Shown: positions 11,501 through 22,043 of the stretch, piece by piece
Numbering within the stretch: position 1 is the stretch's first letter
Layout of the letters: each line of letters opens with the position of its first letter
NCBI GenBank assembly: GCA_965644315.1
Contig: CBFFRQ010000079.1
Coordinates: forward strand, 1-64,000
Reading direction: 5' to 3'
Origin: Caecitellus pseudoparvulus
Lineage: Eukaryota > Protista > Bigyra: Bicosoecida
DNA length: 64,000 nucleotides
The notes under the pieces: model-generated
Database searches by the model: none
The model's input: only the letters and a program-made list of their open reading frames with translations
Told to the model about the DNA's origin: nothing
Program-made: the position numbers and the translations under genes

Positions 11501-14052
11501 CTCCACCATCCCCAAGCGCGTTTTCGCCGCGGTCACAGGGCGCTTGCACGGCCTGTCGGCCGTGGTGCCCCACGCAAAACAAACGCTGTCGCTCTTGTAC
11601 GACACCATGCGCACACACAAGTACCGCGTCGGCCCCCCGGCGCTCTCGTGCCTGTCCCCCCGGCGTCGCACGGGGCCCTGCGGACCCTCCTTGAGGCCCT
11701 CGGTGGGCCGTTATCGACGGGCCCGATGCGCCCGCTCTCCCCACTGTCAAGCAGGTGGCGCGCCGCCCTCTTTGGCTCGTGCGACGCGTCGGGGGAAGGC
11801 GGGCTGGGGGCAACAGTGTCGAGGTGGGCAGGGCCAGGAGAACGCACAGACTCCGCTTGGTACGCGTCCATGCGCATCCCCGGCACAGCCCCGGGCGAGG
11901 AGCTCGTGGGAGCCTCCACGATGCTGGAGCTGTACGCAATCGCCTTGGCTATGGCAATGGCGCGGCATGTTTTTCCCGAGCCGGGGCCGCTGCTGCTATG
12001 CCTAGCTGCGGACAGCCAGGCAGCGGTGGCGCTGGCGCGACGAGGGTACAGCAAGCACAGCCGTGAACTCACGCGCGTCTGCGGGGTCCTCGAGCGGGTT
12101 TCCCGCGTTTTGGACGTCCACTTGGCGCCTCGGTGGATCCCGAGGAGCCTGAAGTGGCGGGCGGACGCCCTCAGCCACCCCGAAAGGGTGGATAGCAGCA
12201 CACCGGCAGCGCTCGGCCTCCCGCCAGGGCAACCAGCCGAGCTGGAGGTATCAGCAGGGGGAAGCAGCGCCGCTGAGCGGTGGCATGATGTGTCCCTAGA
12301 CGTAGGGCCGTCGGGAAAGGCCGGGGCGGGCACCGCGTGGATTCACTCAGCTCAACTCTCCGTCGCCCTGCACAGACACACTCTGGATAAGGAAGCAGAC
12401 CTTCTGGCAGATGATCAGGGCCATCCCCGCGTCCCCGATCAGCAGGATTCACCAACATAGGCTGGCAAAGGGGACGGTGGTCAAGTACGTTCGCGCGGTT
12501 GCTGGCCTGATCAGGGCCGCTCCAGCACCCCGGGACAGGGCGCGGACCATGGTGGGCATCTTAACGGGCGGCGTGGCCGCAGGCAGATGGGCCCCCCATC
12601 GGGCGAAGCAGATCCTGGCGCAATGGGTCGGTGGTTTTAGGTATCTGGGCCTGCCAATCCCGTCGCTAGCCCCGCTGGGGCTCACAGTCGGCAGCATCTG
12701 CCGGGCAATCCGCCGGCTCCACCGAGGGAGAGGGGAGCAACACCGCCGCCCTATCAGCAAAGAACAAGTCATGGAGGCCATGAAGCGGGCATGGGACGGG
12801 CCACACCTCGGGAGGCATGCCCCAACTGCCGCCGCAGCTATCTACATCGGCTTTCATGGCATGTGCAGGCCGGGAGAGCTCCGGGGCCTGCGATGGGAGG
12901 AGTTGCACTTCGGGCGGGCGGGCCCCCTGCAGTGGGTGGAGGCCAGGGTCACGGATAAAACGCACCTGAGTGCAAACCGCCACATCCAGGTGGTGCGCCA
13001 GGCCGAGTGGGCGGGGGCCTTCGACCGCCTCCGGGAGCAGGCCCGGGACAAGCGGGGAAGCCTGCTCCCAAGGTGGGCGTGGCTCAGCCTGCAAGGCATC
13101 CTGAAGGCTGTAGCGGGCGTGTCCTTGGCCCACCTGAGACCCGGGGGCAATATGTTCTGGACAGGCCGGGCCCCCGACGTCTTGGTGGAGCACGCGGCGG
13201 GCTGGGCGGCTGGCTCCCCCACCCGGGCACGATACTACACCCAGGGGGGGAGGGGGCGAGGCTGTGGCACGAGGCCATGACACCCAGGGGAGGAAGCAAG
13301 CATTGAAAAGTATTGGCGGGTGCCGCAAGGAGGCGTCCCCTCCCCCAAGAGATGCAGCGAGCCCTGGTGGCCGCTGGCATAGAGGGGGGAGGGGACGGCC
13401 TCGAGGCGGGCCCAGTTCAATGCATTTCGATTGCCACGCACAACGCACCAACACGAGGGAACCGAGGTTGCCGGCACCCCAGCCGGCAACCATGTTTCCC
13501 GGCAGGAGGGGCGGCGGGCAGTCCCACGCTAGTGGCACAATTGTCCCCCGCCGCCCCAACGCAGAGTAGACGACGGCAGGACCGGGCATGACAAAACCAG
13601 TCATTAGCCGGCCTCGTCACTCTCTTTCCTTTTTTTTTCTTTTTCTCGATTGGCGGGTGCCGCAAGGAGGCGTCCCCTCCCCCAAGAGATGCAGCGAGCC
13701 CTGGTGGCCGCTGGCATAGAGGGGGGAGGGGACGGCCTCGAGGCGGGCCCAGTTCAATGCATTTCGATTGCCACGCACAACGCACCAACACGAGGGAACC
13801 TCGCAGTGCAGGGCCGTGGTCCATGACGCTGCCCGGCAAGCACTGCATCTTGCCCAAGCATGCCGCCACCACCTCCGCCTGCTTGTCGTCGGTGCCTGTA
13901 GTGGGTGGTGCACTGCGCTCCATGACTTGTCTTGTTGCTGCTGCCTGAGGCGTGGGGGACGGGCAGGGCGCTGTGTGCTGTGGTGTGTGTGCGACATGCT
14001 CTGTCGCAAGTGCTGGCGAAAGCGAGGCACCATGCCTACACCCACGCACCAT
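5543..14052 (-). CDS. Ankyrin-repeat paralog ANK1 (cap + 6 x 38-aa repeats), 5' region split by Ngaro copy 1 (host parts 5543-7982 and 13799-14052)
   Basis: GPEAxFRxACxxGHTDIVRELLGLTGAREVDVHAADxx repeats. Host sequence gccagt|cctcgcag is continuous in the paralog at ~30070. The Met shared by all four paralogs (MSLVELE) is at 7924, just downstream of the insertion. Confidence 0.85.
8164..10242 (+). CDS. Ngaro ORF1 (gag-like), apparent frameshift in C-run ~8967
   Basis: ORFs 8109-9227 and 8827-10242 join in frame if the C8 run of copy 2 is used. C-terminal WCPGC..C..H..H cluster. Confidence 0.7.
10243..12460 (+). CDS. Ngaro ORF2: reverse transcriptase + RNase H (breaks at homopolymers ~10761 and ~11633)
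   Basis: RT motifs KQRVVYDL, VLDVEAGYTAIPI, MAFGYSPA, YVDD, VQYLG. RNase H motifs CDASGEGGLG, LELYAI, ADSQAA, WIPRSL.WRADALS. Confidence 0.9.
12411..13280 (+). CDS. Ngaro ORF3: tyrosine recombinase
   Basis: GFHGMCRPGEL (catalytic R), DKT, AHLRPGG, AGW..SPTRARYY (catalytic Y). The 3' end is uncertain because of a G-run. Confidence 0.9.
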   Translation: MIRAIPASPISRIHQHRLAKGTVVKYVRAVAGLIRAAPAPRDRARTMVGILTGGVAAGRWAPHRAKQILAQWVGGFRYLGLPIPSLAPLGLTVGSICRAIRRLHRGRGEQHRRPISKEQVMEAMKRAWDGPHLGRHAPTAAAAIYIGFHGMCRPGELRGLRWEELHFGRAGPLQWVEARVTDKTHLSANRHIQVVRQAEWAGAFDRLREQARDKRGSLLPRWAWLSLQGILKAVAGVSLAHLRPGGNMFWTGRAPDVLVEHAAGWAAGSPTRARYYTQGGRGRGCGTRP

Positions 14053-14662
14053 GGCAACGGATGGCAGAGGGTCTAGTCAGGCGTAGCTGTGCTGTAAAGC
14101 CGACTCCTGCGGGGTGATGGCAGTGGACGCGTGCATTGGTGCTGTGGGAAGGCGTTGTCGCAGCTGACGTGCGAAGGAGCAACTTCCGCACTTGCACCAG
14201 TGCAAGCTCACCTGTGGCGGCCAGAAGTGGAGACAAGGCAGAAGACACGCTGATGTGCAGATGCCCAATGAACCCACAAGTGAAAGTGGGAAGTGGATGA
14301 GGAGCAATTTGATGCAAGACATGTGAAGGGTGCCCCGCTCCGCTCGATGCGGTGCCCATCATCTCAGCAAGAAAGGTGCGGAACTAGCTATCTGGACATC
14401 CGCAAGATCCCCGTTCGAGTGCTGACGGGAGCTGCGCCAAGGCGCGGAGTGCGATGGAGGGGGTCGACTCGTGCGCTCCGAGCAGCGCTGTCCGTGCACG
14501 GCACTGGGCGGGGCAAAACCGCCCGCTCTGCTGTGCCCGCACTTATGCGTGTAAGGGTTGCGGCCTTGTCGTGTCTGGCAGTGTGGCTCCGTCACCCTTC
14601 CTTGCCCACTCGATATTCATTGGCGTGGTGGCGATTGCTCTGTCCCAAGCCACAACCAAGCC

Positions 14663-16059
14663 ATGGCGCTGTCCAGCGCCTCCATGGGGGCACCCGTCTT
14701 CCAGCTGGTGCCCCTCGCAGGTGGAACTCTGGCTGTTTCAGGCGGTGGCAGCTCCAAGACTGGCATTGAGAATGCCCTGGTGCGCAGGCGGGCATTCGAC
14801 GGCTGCGAGAGGCGTGCAAATTCCGCAACCGCCGCTGTTGTGCTCCACAGACCATGGTGCACGTGGAGAACACCGGCACCAACAAAGTGGAGCTGGCGAA
14901 AGGCACTGCGTTCCTCTCGGGCAGCACCTTCATCACGCACGTGGCAGTGTCGGAGGACGTGCGTGCCGGCGCAGCCGACGTGGCAACCACTTTTGCACCT
15001 CCCACGGCGACTTTCGCAGGGCAAGCGCGTGGCAGGGGCGGCTGGAGACAGCATCGTCGTGTTCAACCGCGACGGCGAGAGTGGCAGGTACGGGAGCCGG
15101 CAGCCAGGTGGCTGGGCGCCGCCCTGAACACCGTGGCAGTGGCGAGCGTGGGGAGCTGCCCCCCACCGCCTGGCGTGGCGGCGTGGCTGGCTGGGGATGA
15201 GCGCCTGTTCGCCCTGGCCCGGGCAGCCTGTGTGCAGCTGGCGGACGGGACGCTGAGCAGGGAGCAGGGCACGGCTTTGGCGCCGGTGCTGCTGTTCACG
15301 GCGGTGGGGCTGTACGCCACGACGCCGCCCAGCTCCCGCAACACCATCCCGCCCCACCTCGCCGAGCGCACTGCTCGCTTGGCCGGCAAGTCCACCCTGC
15401 TCGTGGGTGGCGTGGAGGTGGTGGGCGGCAAGGCGGTGCAGCGTGACAGCCCGCCCTCCACACACACCGCCCACGACGACGGTGGTGGTGCGCGGGACCC
15501 GCTGTTCTGGCTGCTGCAGCGCCTCAGCAACACGGCAGTGCACAAGGGCGGGCCGGCAGCTACAGCGGCGCTGAACGTGTTCGGGGCCATGGCTGGGCAG
15601 GTGCCTCAGGCAGACCTGCAGCGCTACGTGGTGCCGGTGGCGCGGGCAGTGTTCCGCACTGTGCAGGCGGCAGAGCACGTGGCCAGTGACCCCCGCCTGG
15701 CCGACGCGCCATCCTGGTCAGAGCAAGGCCAGCAGGCAGCCGCTGCAGCAGAGGCAGGCGCATTGGCGTCGGAGGTCATGGAGGCGGTGCAGGGTGCCAT
15801 GGGCGCAGATGTGTTCCTGACGGCATACAACGGCGAGCGGCGGGCCAGGGTGGCGGCGAAGGAGCGGCGGGCGAAGCAGGTGGCCCAGGAGGCGGTGGTG
15901 AACCCGGCAGCAGCTGCAGCACGGCGGAGTCGGAAGGCACAGGCGAAGAAGCGCCACGTGGCGAAGCGCATGGACAAGGTGAAGGTGCTGCGAGGCGGTG
16001 GTGGGAAGGGCAGGAAGCGTGCGAGGGAGGCGGAAGAGGGGCGTTGGTGTGTGGTGTAG
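14663..16059 (+). pseudogene. SEC12(5')::UTP20(3') chimera, copy A
   Basis: Starts MALSSASMGAPVF..GGGSSKTGIEN as in the gene at 36396. After 15097 it reads DPLFWLLQRLS...ALASEVMEAVQ...NPAAAAARR (UTP20-like). Confidence 0.75.
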
Positions 16060-16715
16060 AGGGGTGGGGCAATGCACGCGTGGGAGCGGTGGGTGTGGGG
16101 AGATGTTGCTGAGGTGTGTTGTTGAGTCTTGTGAGGTGGATTTGGGTGTGGTGTGTGCTGGTGTGGAGGTGGGTGTCAGGTTTGCCACATGGTGAATTTC
16201 CCTCGTGTTGGTGCGTTGTGCGTGGCAATCGAAATGCATTGAACTGGGCCCGCCTCGAGGCCGTCCCCTCCCCCCTCTATGCCAGCGGCCACCAGGGCTC
16301 GCTGCATCTCTTGGGGGAGGGGACGCCTCCTTGCGGCACCCGCCAATCGAGAAAAAGAAAAAAAAAGGAAAGAGAGTGACGAGGCCGGCTAATGACTGGT
16401 TTTGTCATGCCCGGTCCTGCCGTCGTCTACTCTGCGTTGGGGCGGCGGGGGACAATTGTGCCACTAGCGTGGGACTGCCCGCCGCCCCTCCTGCCGGGAA
16501 ACATGGTTGCCGGCTGGGGTGCCGGCAACCTCGGTTCCCTCGTGTTGGTGCGTTGTGCGTGGCAATCGAAATGCATTGAACTGGGCCCGCCTCGAGGCCG
16601 TCCCCTCCCCCCTCTATGCCAGCGGCCACCAGGGCTCGCTGCATCTCTTGGGGGAGGGGACGCCTCCTTGCGGCACCCGCCAATACTTTTCAATGCTTGC
16701 TTCCTCCCCTGGGTG

Positions 16716-17588
16716 TCATGGCCTCGTGCCACAGCCTCGCCCCCCCCCCCCCCCCTGGGTGTAGTATCGTGCCCGGGTGGGGGAGCCAGCCGCCCAGCCC
16801 GCCGCGTGCTCCACCAAGACGTCGGGGGCCCGGCCTGTCCAGAACATATTGCCCCCGGGTCTCAGGTGGGCCAAGGACACGCCCGCTACAGCCTTCAGGA
16901 TGCCTTGCAGGCTGAGCCACGCCCACCTTGGGAGCAGGCTTCCCCGCTTGTCCCGGGCCTGCTCCCGGAGGCGGTCGAAGGCCCCCGCCCACTCGGCCTG
17001 GCGCACCACCTGGATGTGGCGGTTTGCACTCAGGTGCGTTTTATCCGTGACCCTGGCCTCCACCCACTGCAGGGGGCCCGCCCGCCCGAAGTGCAACTCC
17101 TCCCATCGCAGGCCCCGGAGCTCTCCCGGCCTGCACATGCCATGAAAGCCGATGTAGATAGCTGCGGCGGCAGTTGGGGCATGCCTCCCGAGGTGTGGCC
17201 CGTCCCATGCCCGCTTCATGGCCTCCATGACTTGTTCTTTGCTGATAGGGCGGCGGTGTTGCTCCCCTCTCCCTCGGTGGAGCCGGCGGATTGCCCGGCA
17301 GATGCTGCCGACTGTGAGCCCCAGCGGGGCTAGCGACGGGATTGGCAGGCCCAGATACCTAAAACCACCGACCCATTGCGCCAGGATCTGCTTCGCCCGA
17401 TGGGGGGCCCATCTGCCTGCGGCCACGCCGCCCGTTAAGATGCCCACCATGGTCCGCGCCCTGTCCCGGGGTGCTGGAGCGGCCCTGATCAGGCCAGCAA
17501 CCGCGCGAACGTACTTGACCACCGTCCCCTTTGCCAGCCTATGTTGGTGAATCCTGCTGATCGGGGACGCGGGGATGGCCCTGATCAT
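16716..17588 (-). CDS. Ngaro copy 2 tyrosine recombinase
   Basis: Same protein as 12411-13280 apart from G-run length. Confidence 0.9.
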   Translation of the reverse strand: MIRAIPASPISRIHQHRLAKGTVVKYVRAVAGLIRAAPAPRDRARTMVGILTGGVAAGRWAPHRAKQILAQWVGGFRYLGLPIPSLAPLGLTVGSICRAIRRLHRGRGEQHRRPISKEQVMEAMKRAWDGPHLGRHAPTAAAAIYIGFHGMCRPGELRGLRWEELHFGRAGPLQWVEARVTDKTHLSANRHIQVVRQAEWAGAFDRLREQARDKRGSLLPRWAWLSLQGILKAVAGVSLAHLRPGGNMFWTGRAPDVLVEHAAGWAAGSPTRARYYTQGGGGGRGCGTRP

Positions 17589-19756
17589 CTGCCAGAAGGT
17601 CTGCTTCCTTATCCAGAGTGTGTCTGTGCAGGGCGACGGAGAGTTGAGCTGAGTGAATCCACGCGGTGCCCGCCCCGGCCTTTCCCGACGGCCCTACGTC
17701 TAGGGACACATCATGCCACCGCTCAGCGGCGCTGCTTCCCCCTGCTGATACCTCCAGCTCGGCTGGTTGCCCTGGCGGGAGGCCGAGCGCTGCCGGTGTG
17801 CTGCTATCCACCCTTTCGGGGTGGCTGAGGGCGTCCGCCCGCCAATTCAGGCTCCTCGGGATCCACCGAGGCGCCAAGTGGACGTCCAAAACGCGGGAAA
17901 CCCGCTCGAGGACCCCGCAGACGCGCGTGAGTTCACGGCTGTGCTTGCTGTACCCTCGTCGCGCCAGCGCCACCGCTGCCTGGCTGTCCGCAGCTAGGCA
18001 TAGCAGCAGCGGCCCCGGCTCGGGAAAAACATGCCGCGCCATTGCCATAGCCAAGGCGATTGCGTACAGCTCCAGCATCGTGGAGGCTCCCACGAGCTCC
18101 TCGCCCGGGGCTGTGCCGGGGATGCGCATGGACGCGTACCAAGCGGAGTCTGTGCGTTCTCCTGGCCCTGCCCACCTCGACACTGTTGCCCCCAGCCCGC
18201 CTTCCCCCGACGCGTCGCACGAGCCAAAGAGGGCGGCGCGCCACCTGCTTGACAGTGGGGAGAGCGGGCGCATCGGGCCCGTCGATAACGGCCCACCGAG
18301 GGCCTCAAGGAGGGTCCGCAGGGCCCCGTGCGACGCCGGGGGGACAGGCACGAGAGCGCCGGGGGGCCGACGCGGTACTTGTGTGTGCGCATGGTGTCGT
18401 ACAAGAGCGACAGCGTTTGTTTTGCGTGGGGCACCACGGCCGACAGGCCGTGCAAGCGCCCTGTGACCGCGGCGAAAACGCGCTTGGGGATGGTGGAGCA
18501 AGCGCCGAGGCGATTAAGGACCGCGGCCAGCTGCCACCGCAGCTGAGTTCGTTTGGCTTGAGGACACTCAAGGTACACCCCACACGGGGCACACCTGACC
18601 ACCATCCCCAAGTACTGAACGACGCGCTGTGGCCCTTGCGTCTTCTTGCGCGACACCCGGAAGCCCACGTCCTCGAACAGTTGAGTTATCTTGGGCACGA
18701 TCGATGGCCGTGGCCCCAACGTAGCTCCCCCAAGCCCGACGTCGTCTACGTACACAACCACATGCCCTGCTGGGAACGCCGCTTCGATCTTGGCGCCCAG
18801 AAGTCCAGAAAAAAAGCAGAAAATGGCCCCGGCCGGGCTGTACCCGAAGGCCATCCGAAGCATGCGGAAGGCTGGCCTGCCCTGGGCGAGCATGGTGAAC
18901 AGTCCGGCGCCCGACGGAGCGATGGGGATGGCCGTGTACCCTGCTTCCACGTCCAGGACAACACAGTCCGAGTTCGGCGGGAGGCGCAGCGCCCAGCTCT
19001 CCAGCGTGGGGTAGTGGAATGGGGGGCTCACTGAGGCCTGGTTGACGGCTGCCAGATCGTACACCACCCGCTGCTTGGCCCGGAACAGGCGGCTCGGGCG
19101 GGCGGGCGCGCGGGAAGAGCTGGCGGCCTGCACCGCCTCGCCTGGGTTCGCAGCAGCCCACTGTCGCAGAGCTTCGTCGCTGACGCCCGGCTGGGGGGCC
19201 CATGTCGTGACAACGAAGGCAGAAGCGGCTGGCCCCCCCATCTTTCGGTGCTGCTGCAGCTGCTGGGGGTGACCGGCTGCAGCACGCGCGCAGCCGCGAA
19301 GGCGTCATAGGCCGCTGCCACCGCCCGCTCGTCGTGCGGCTGCAGCACGTATGCCGAGGACGGGGATGCCGCTGCCGGGGGGCGGCGGAACAGCAGCCAA
19401 GCGGGGTCCCACCCGCGCAGCGTGACCACGGTGAGCAGTCGCATGGCTGCGCACCGCTCAAGCTGCCGTAATCTGGAAGTGGTCTCGCCGCATGCGGGAC
19501 ACACGTCAGCGTGGGCCTCCTGGCAACCCCAGTATGAGACCACGGGGTGGGGGCCCCAGTCCAAGCCCCCACGCAAGATGTCCTCGAAGAGCCCCGGTGG
19601 AGTCCAACAACGGTCCCCATGCAGCTGCTGGACCATTGATTCGATGAGCACGGCCATGGCGCGGTGGTCTGTCGAGAGCGGGGCGGCAGCCCTCCACTCC
19701 ACGGGCACGGCCCGGTACCCCGTGGTCGCTCTCACCACCGCGCTCCGGCCCACCTC
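17539..19756 (-). CDS. Ngaro copy 2 RT/RNase H (homopolymer frameshifts)
   Basis: YVDD RT motif in ORF 17994-19241; RNase H in ORF 17539-18501 with NWRADALS. Confidence 0.9.
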
Positions 19757-21839
19757 CTAGAGGCTGAGAGCTGCCTCCACCATGGCCGTGGTGACAGCGC
19801 GGGGCTGCATGCGCCGCTGGAAGTCACGTCCCTTGGATGCCACCTTCCGCTCCCACTGGCGCACCAGCATGGCCACTGCCTGCGCCTGGGTAAGTTCTGC
19901 GGGCTTACCTCCGACTGTGTGGGTCCGGCGCAGGTGGGCCACATGCTGGGCCAGGCGTGGGCAGGATGCCAGCGACCGGCGCCGCCGGTCGGATCCGACG
20001 CACCCGGGGCACCACACGAATGTGCTCGGGTCGTCCTGCCGGTACAGCCCCGCGGGAGGGCCACGAGCGGGGGTTTGCGCCGGGCCGCCCCCCGCACCTG
20101 GCATCGGTGTGGCGGCGGCCCCGGCCGCCCATGCCTCGCGCGCCAGCGAGCTGGCCACCAGTGCTTGCCCCGTCGCCGACGCCATCATGACAATGGTGGC
20201 GTTAGTGCGGAACGTGGCCACCCAGGAGGCCCACGTCAGCTGGGCCCATCGCCTGCGCTGGCCTTCGGGCAACGCAGCGGCGGTCTGCGCCACGGCCCGC
20301 ACTGCGATTGTGATCAGGAGTGCGCACGCCATGGCTCGGCACAGGCCCCGCTGGTCTGCCAGGGCGGGCACCTCGGACGCCCACTTCCACCAGAACGCTC
20401 GGAGGGAGCGGTGGAGGTCGTCGGAAGGCGCCGTCAGCAAGTCCCTGGTCATCGCAGCAAGCCACCAAGCGCCCCCACGGTTGCCCAGCATGTGGCATGC
20501 CGACAGGGCACCCGCCCCAGTTACTGCCACTAGATGGGTTGGGTCAACTGTAACTTCCACCCTCCCTTGCACCAGGCGTACAGCAGTCACTACGTCCATA
20601 GCGTCGTCCATCATGACCGACGCGGACGGCGGGGCTACCTCATCGCCGGGGGCTGTGAGCCAGGACGGGTCGCCGGGAGCGGGCACGCGGGGCGAGTGGG
20701 GGGGGAGCTGGCGGGACAGGAACGTACCTGACGGCACTGGGCCCGTTGCTGCGGGCACCTCTCGTGCAGCAGCCTCAGCCATCTCGACAGCCACCGTGGT
20801 CAAGGCGTCTGTGGTCCCCGCAGCGAAAACTGCCCCCAAGGCTGACAGGCGGTCCCGGGCCACCGCCGACGAGGGGTGTGCGGTCGGCCCAATGACCCGC
20901 AGCGCGCCTACAGTGACCAGTACCTCGTCGGCTGGCGACGACCGACCGCTGTTCTCCCCCATGTGACCGAAAACAGCCGACCCGCCTTCGGGGTGGACTG
21001 CCGGCGAGGCTCCGCCGCCCCACGGGGGAGGGGGGGGCTGCGGGCTATAGGCCGCCCTGTGCCTCTTGGAGGCCGGGGGTGACCCGGGGCCGCCGCACGG
21101 GGCTGTAACCGGGCGGCATCCGGTGTGGTGCCCGGGAAAACGGGAAAGAACGGGGCGCCGGCATCGTCGTCGCCAAAGTCGTCGTCGCCCGCCAGCGCGG
21201 CCTCCAGGACCCGCTGCAAATGCATCACGATGTCGTCGGGGGTGAGGTCGGGGGGAATACCGTTGAGTCTGCACCATGCGGCGAAGCGCCGTGGAGGCCA
21301 AGCGGAGAGGGCGTACGGCGATGTCTCCTCCGTTGCCAAGCCCACGTAGAACTGCAGCTGCACGGCGACGTCCTCGCTCGGCACCGTCGCTCCCCTCTGC
21401 AGGAACCACGTAAGCACTGTGGCGGGATCTTGCGGGAGGTCGCCTGCGACTGCGTCCGGCTGGGTCGGGCGCGGGGGTAGGTGCGGGCCGTAGGGCGTGC
21501 CACTGCTCGCACCGCGCGGACGGGTTCGCTTCGTGCCGTGCCCCCGTGGTGAGCCGCCTGCGCGATGAGGGGCACCGTCAGCGGGGAGGCGGAAAGCTCT
21601 GCCCGCAATGAGGGATCGCATGCGATCTGCCCGGAATCCCTCGGGCACCTCCCGGAGGCGCCAAGCGGCCTCCATCTTACCAAAATCCTCAGAATCCGCC
21701 CACTTCAGCCAGTACTCGAACTCCTGCTCCGTTATGAGCGCCTTGGCTTGCTTGGCGGAGTTGACAGACATCATTTTGTCGTGGATGTCCTCCCAGCTTC
21801 CGCCCTCCGTGTCGCTGGAAGCTGGATCATCCGATGCCA
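19757..21839 (-). CDS. Ngaro copy 2 ORF1 (gag-like)
   Basis: Same as 8164-10242, with the frameshift at a different homopolymer run (~21075). Confidence 0.7.
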
Positions 21840-22043
21840 TCTCGAAAAAAAAGGAAAGAGAGTGACGAGGCCGGCTAATGACTGGTTTTGTCATGCCCGG
21901 TCCTGCCGTCGTCTACTCTGCGTTGGGGCGGCGGGGGACAATTGTGCCACTAGCGTGGGACTGCCCGCCGCCCCTCCTGCCGGGAAACATGGTTGCCGGC
22001 TGGGGTGCCGGCAACCTCGGTGGCCTGTGCTTAGTGCATGGGA

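Larger units (their letters stand above)
7983..13798 (+). mobile_element. Ngaro-type tyrosine-recombinase (DIRS-order) retrotransposon, copy 1
   Basis: Split direct repeats A1 (7983-~8158), B1 (13312-13461), A2 (13462-~13638), B2 (13649-13798). Encodes gag-like, RT/RNase H and YR ORFs. No TSD and no methyltransferase domain seen. Confidence 0.95.
16198..22020 (-). mobile_element. Ngaro-type YR retrotransposon, copy 2 (inverted, near-identical to copy 1)
   Basis: Reverse complement of 7983-13798 with the same ends (CCGAGG...GAGGGAA). Host ggtgaat|tggcctgtgc matches the paralogous empty site ggtgcattggtctgtgc at ~5513. Confidence 0.95.

Noticed and set aside
10243-12460. Nearby RT as a DGR reverse transcriptase driving ANK variation
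   Set aside because: It is a DIRS/Ngaro-type RT with RNase H and YR inside a recently inserted element. No template repeat or avd-like gene is seen, and ANK diversity predates the insertions.
8900-21100. Multiple frameshifts in Ngaro ORFs as programmed frameshifting or inactivation
   Set aside because: They lie in C/G homopolymers and mostly differ between the two copies in complementary ways (C6 vs C5, C6 vs C8, G6 vs G7); combining the copies restores the frames. The shared C6 at ~11633 is fixed by one extra C and is probably the same under-calling, though this is unproven.
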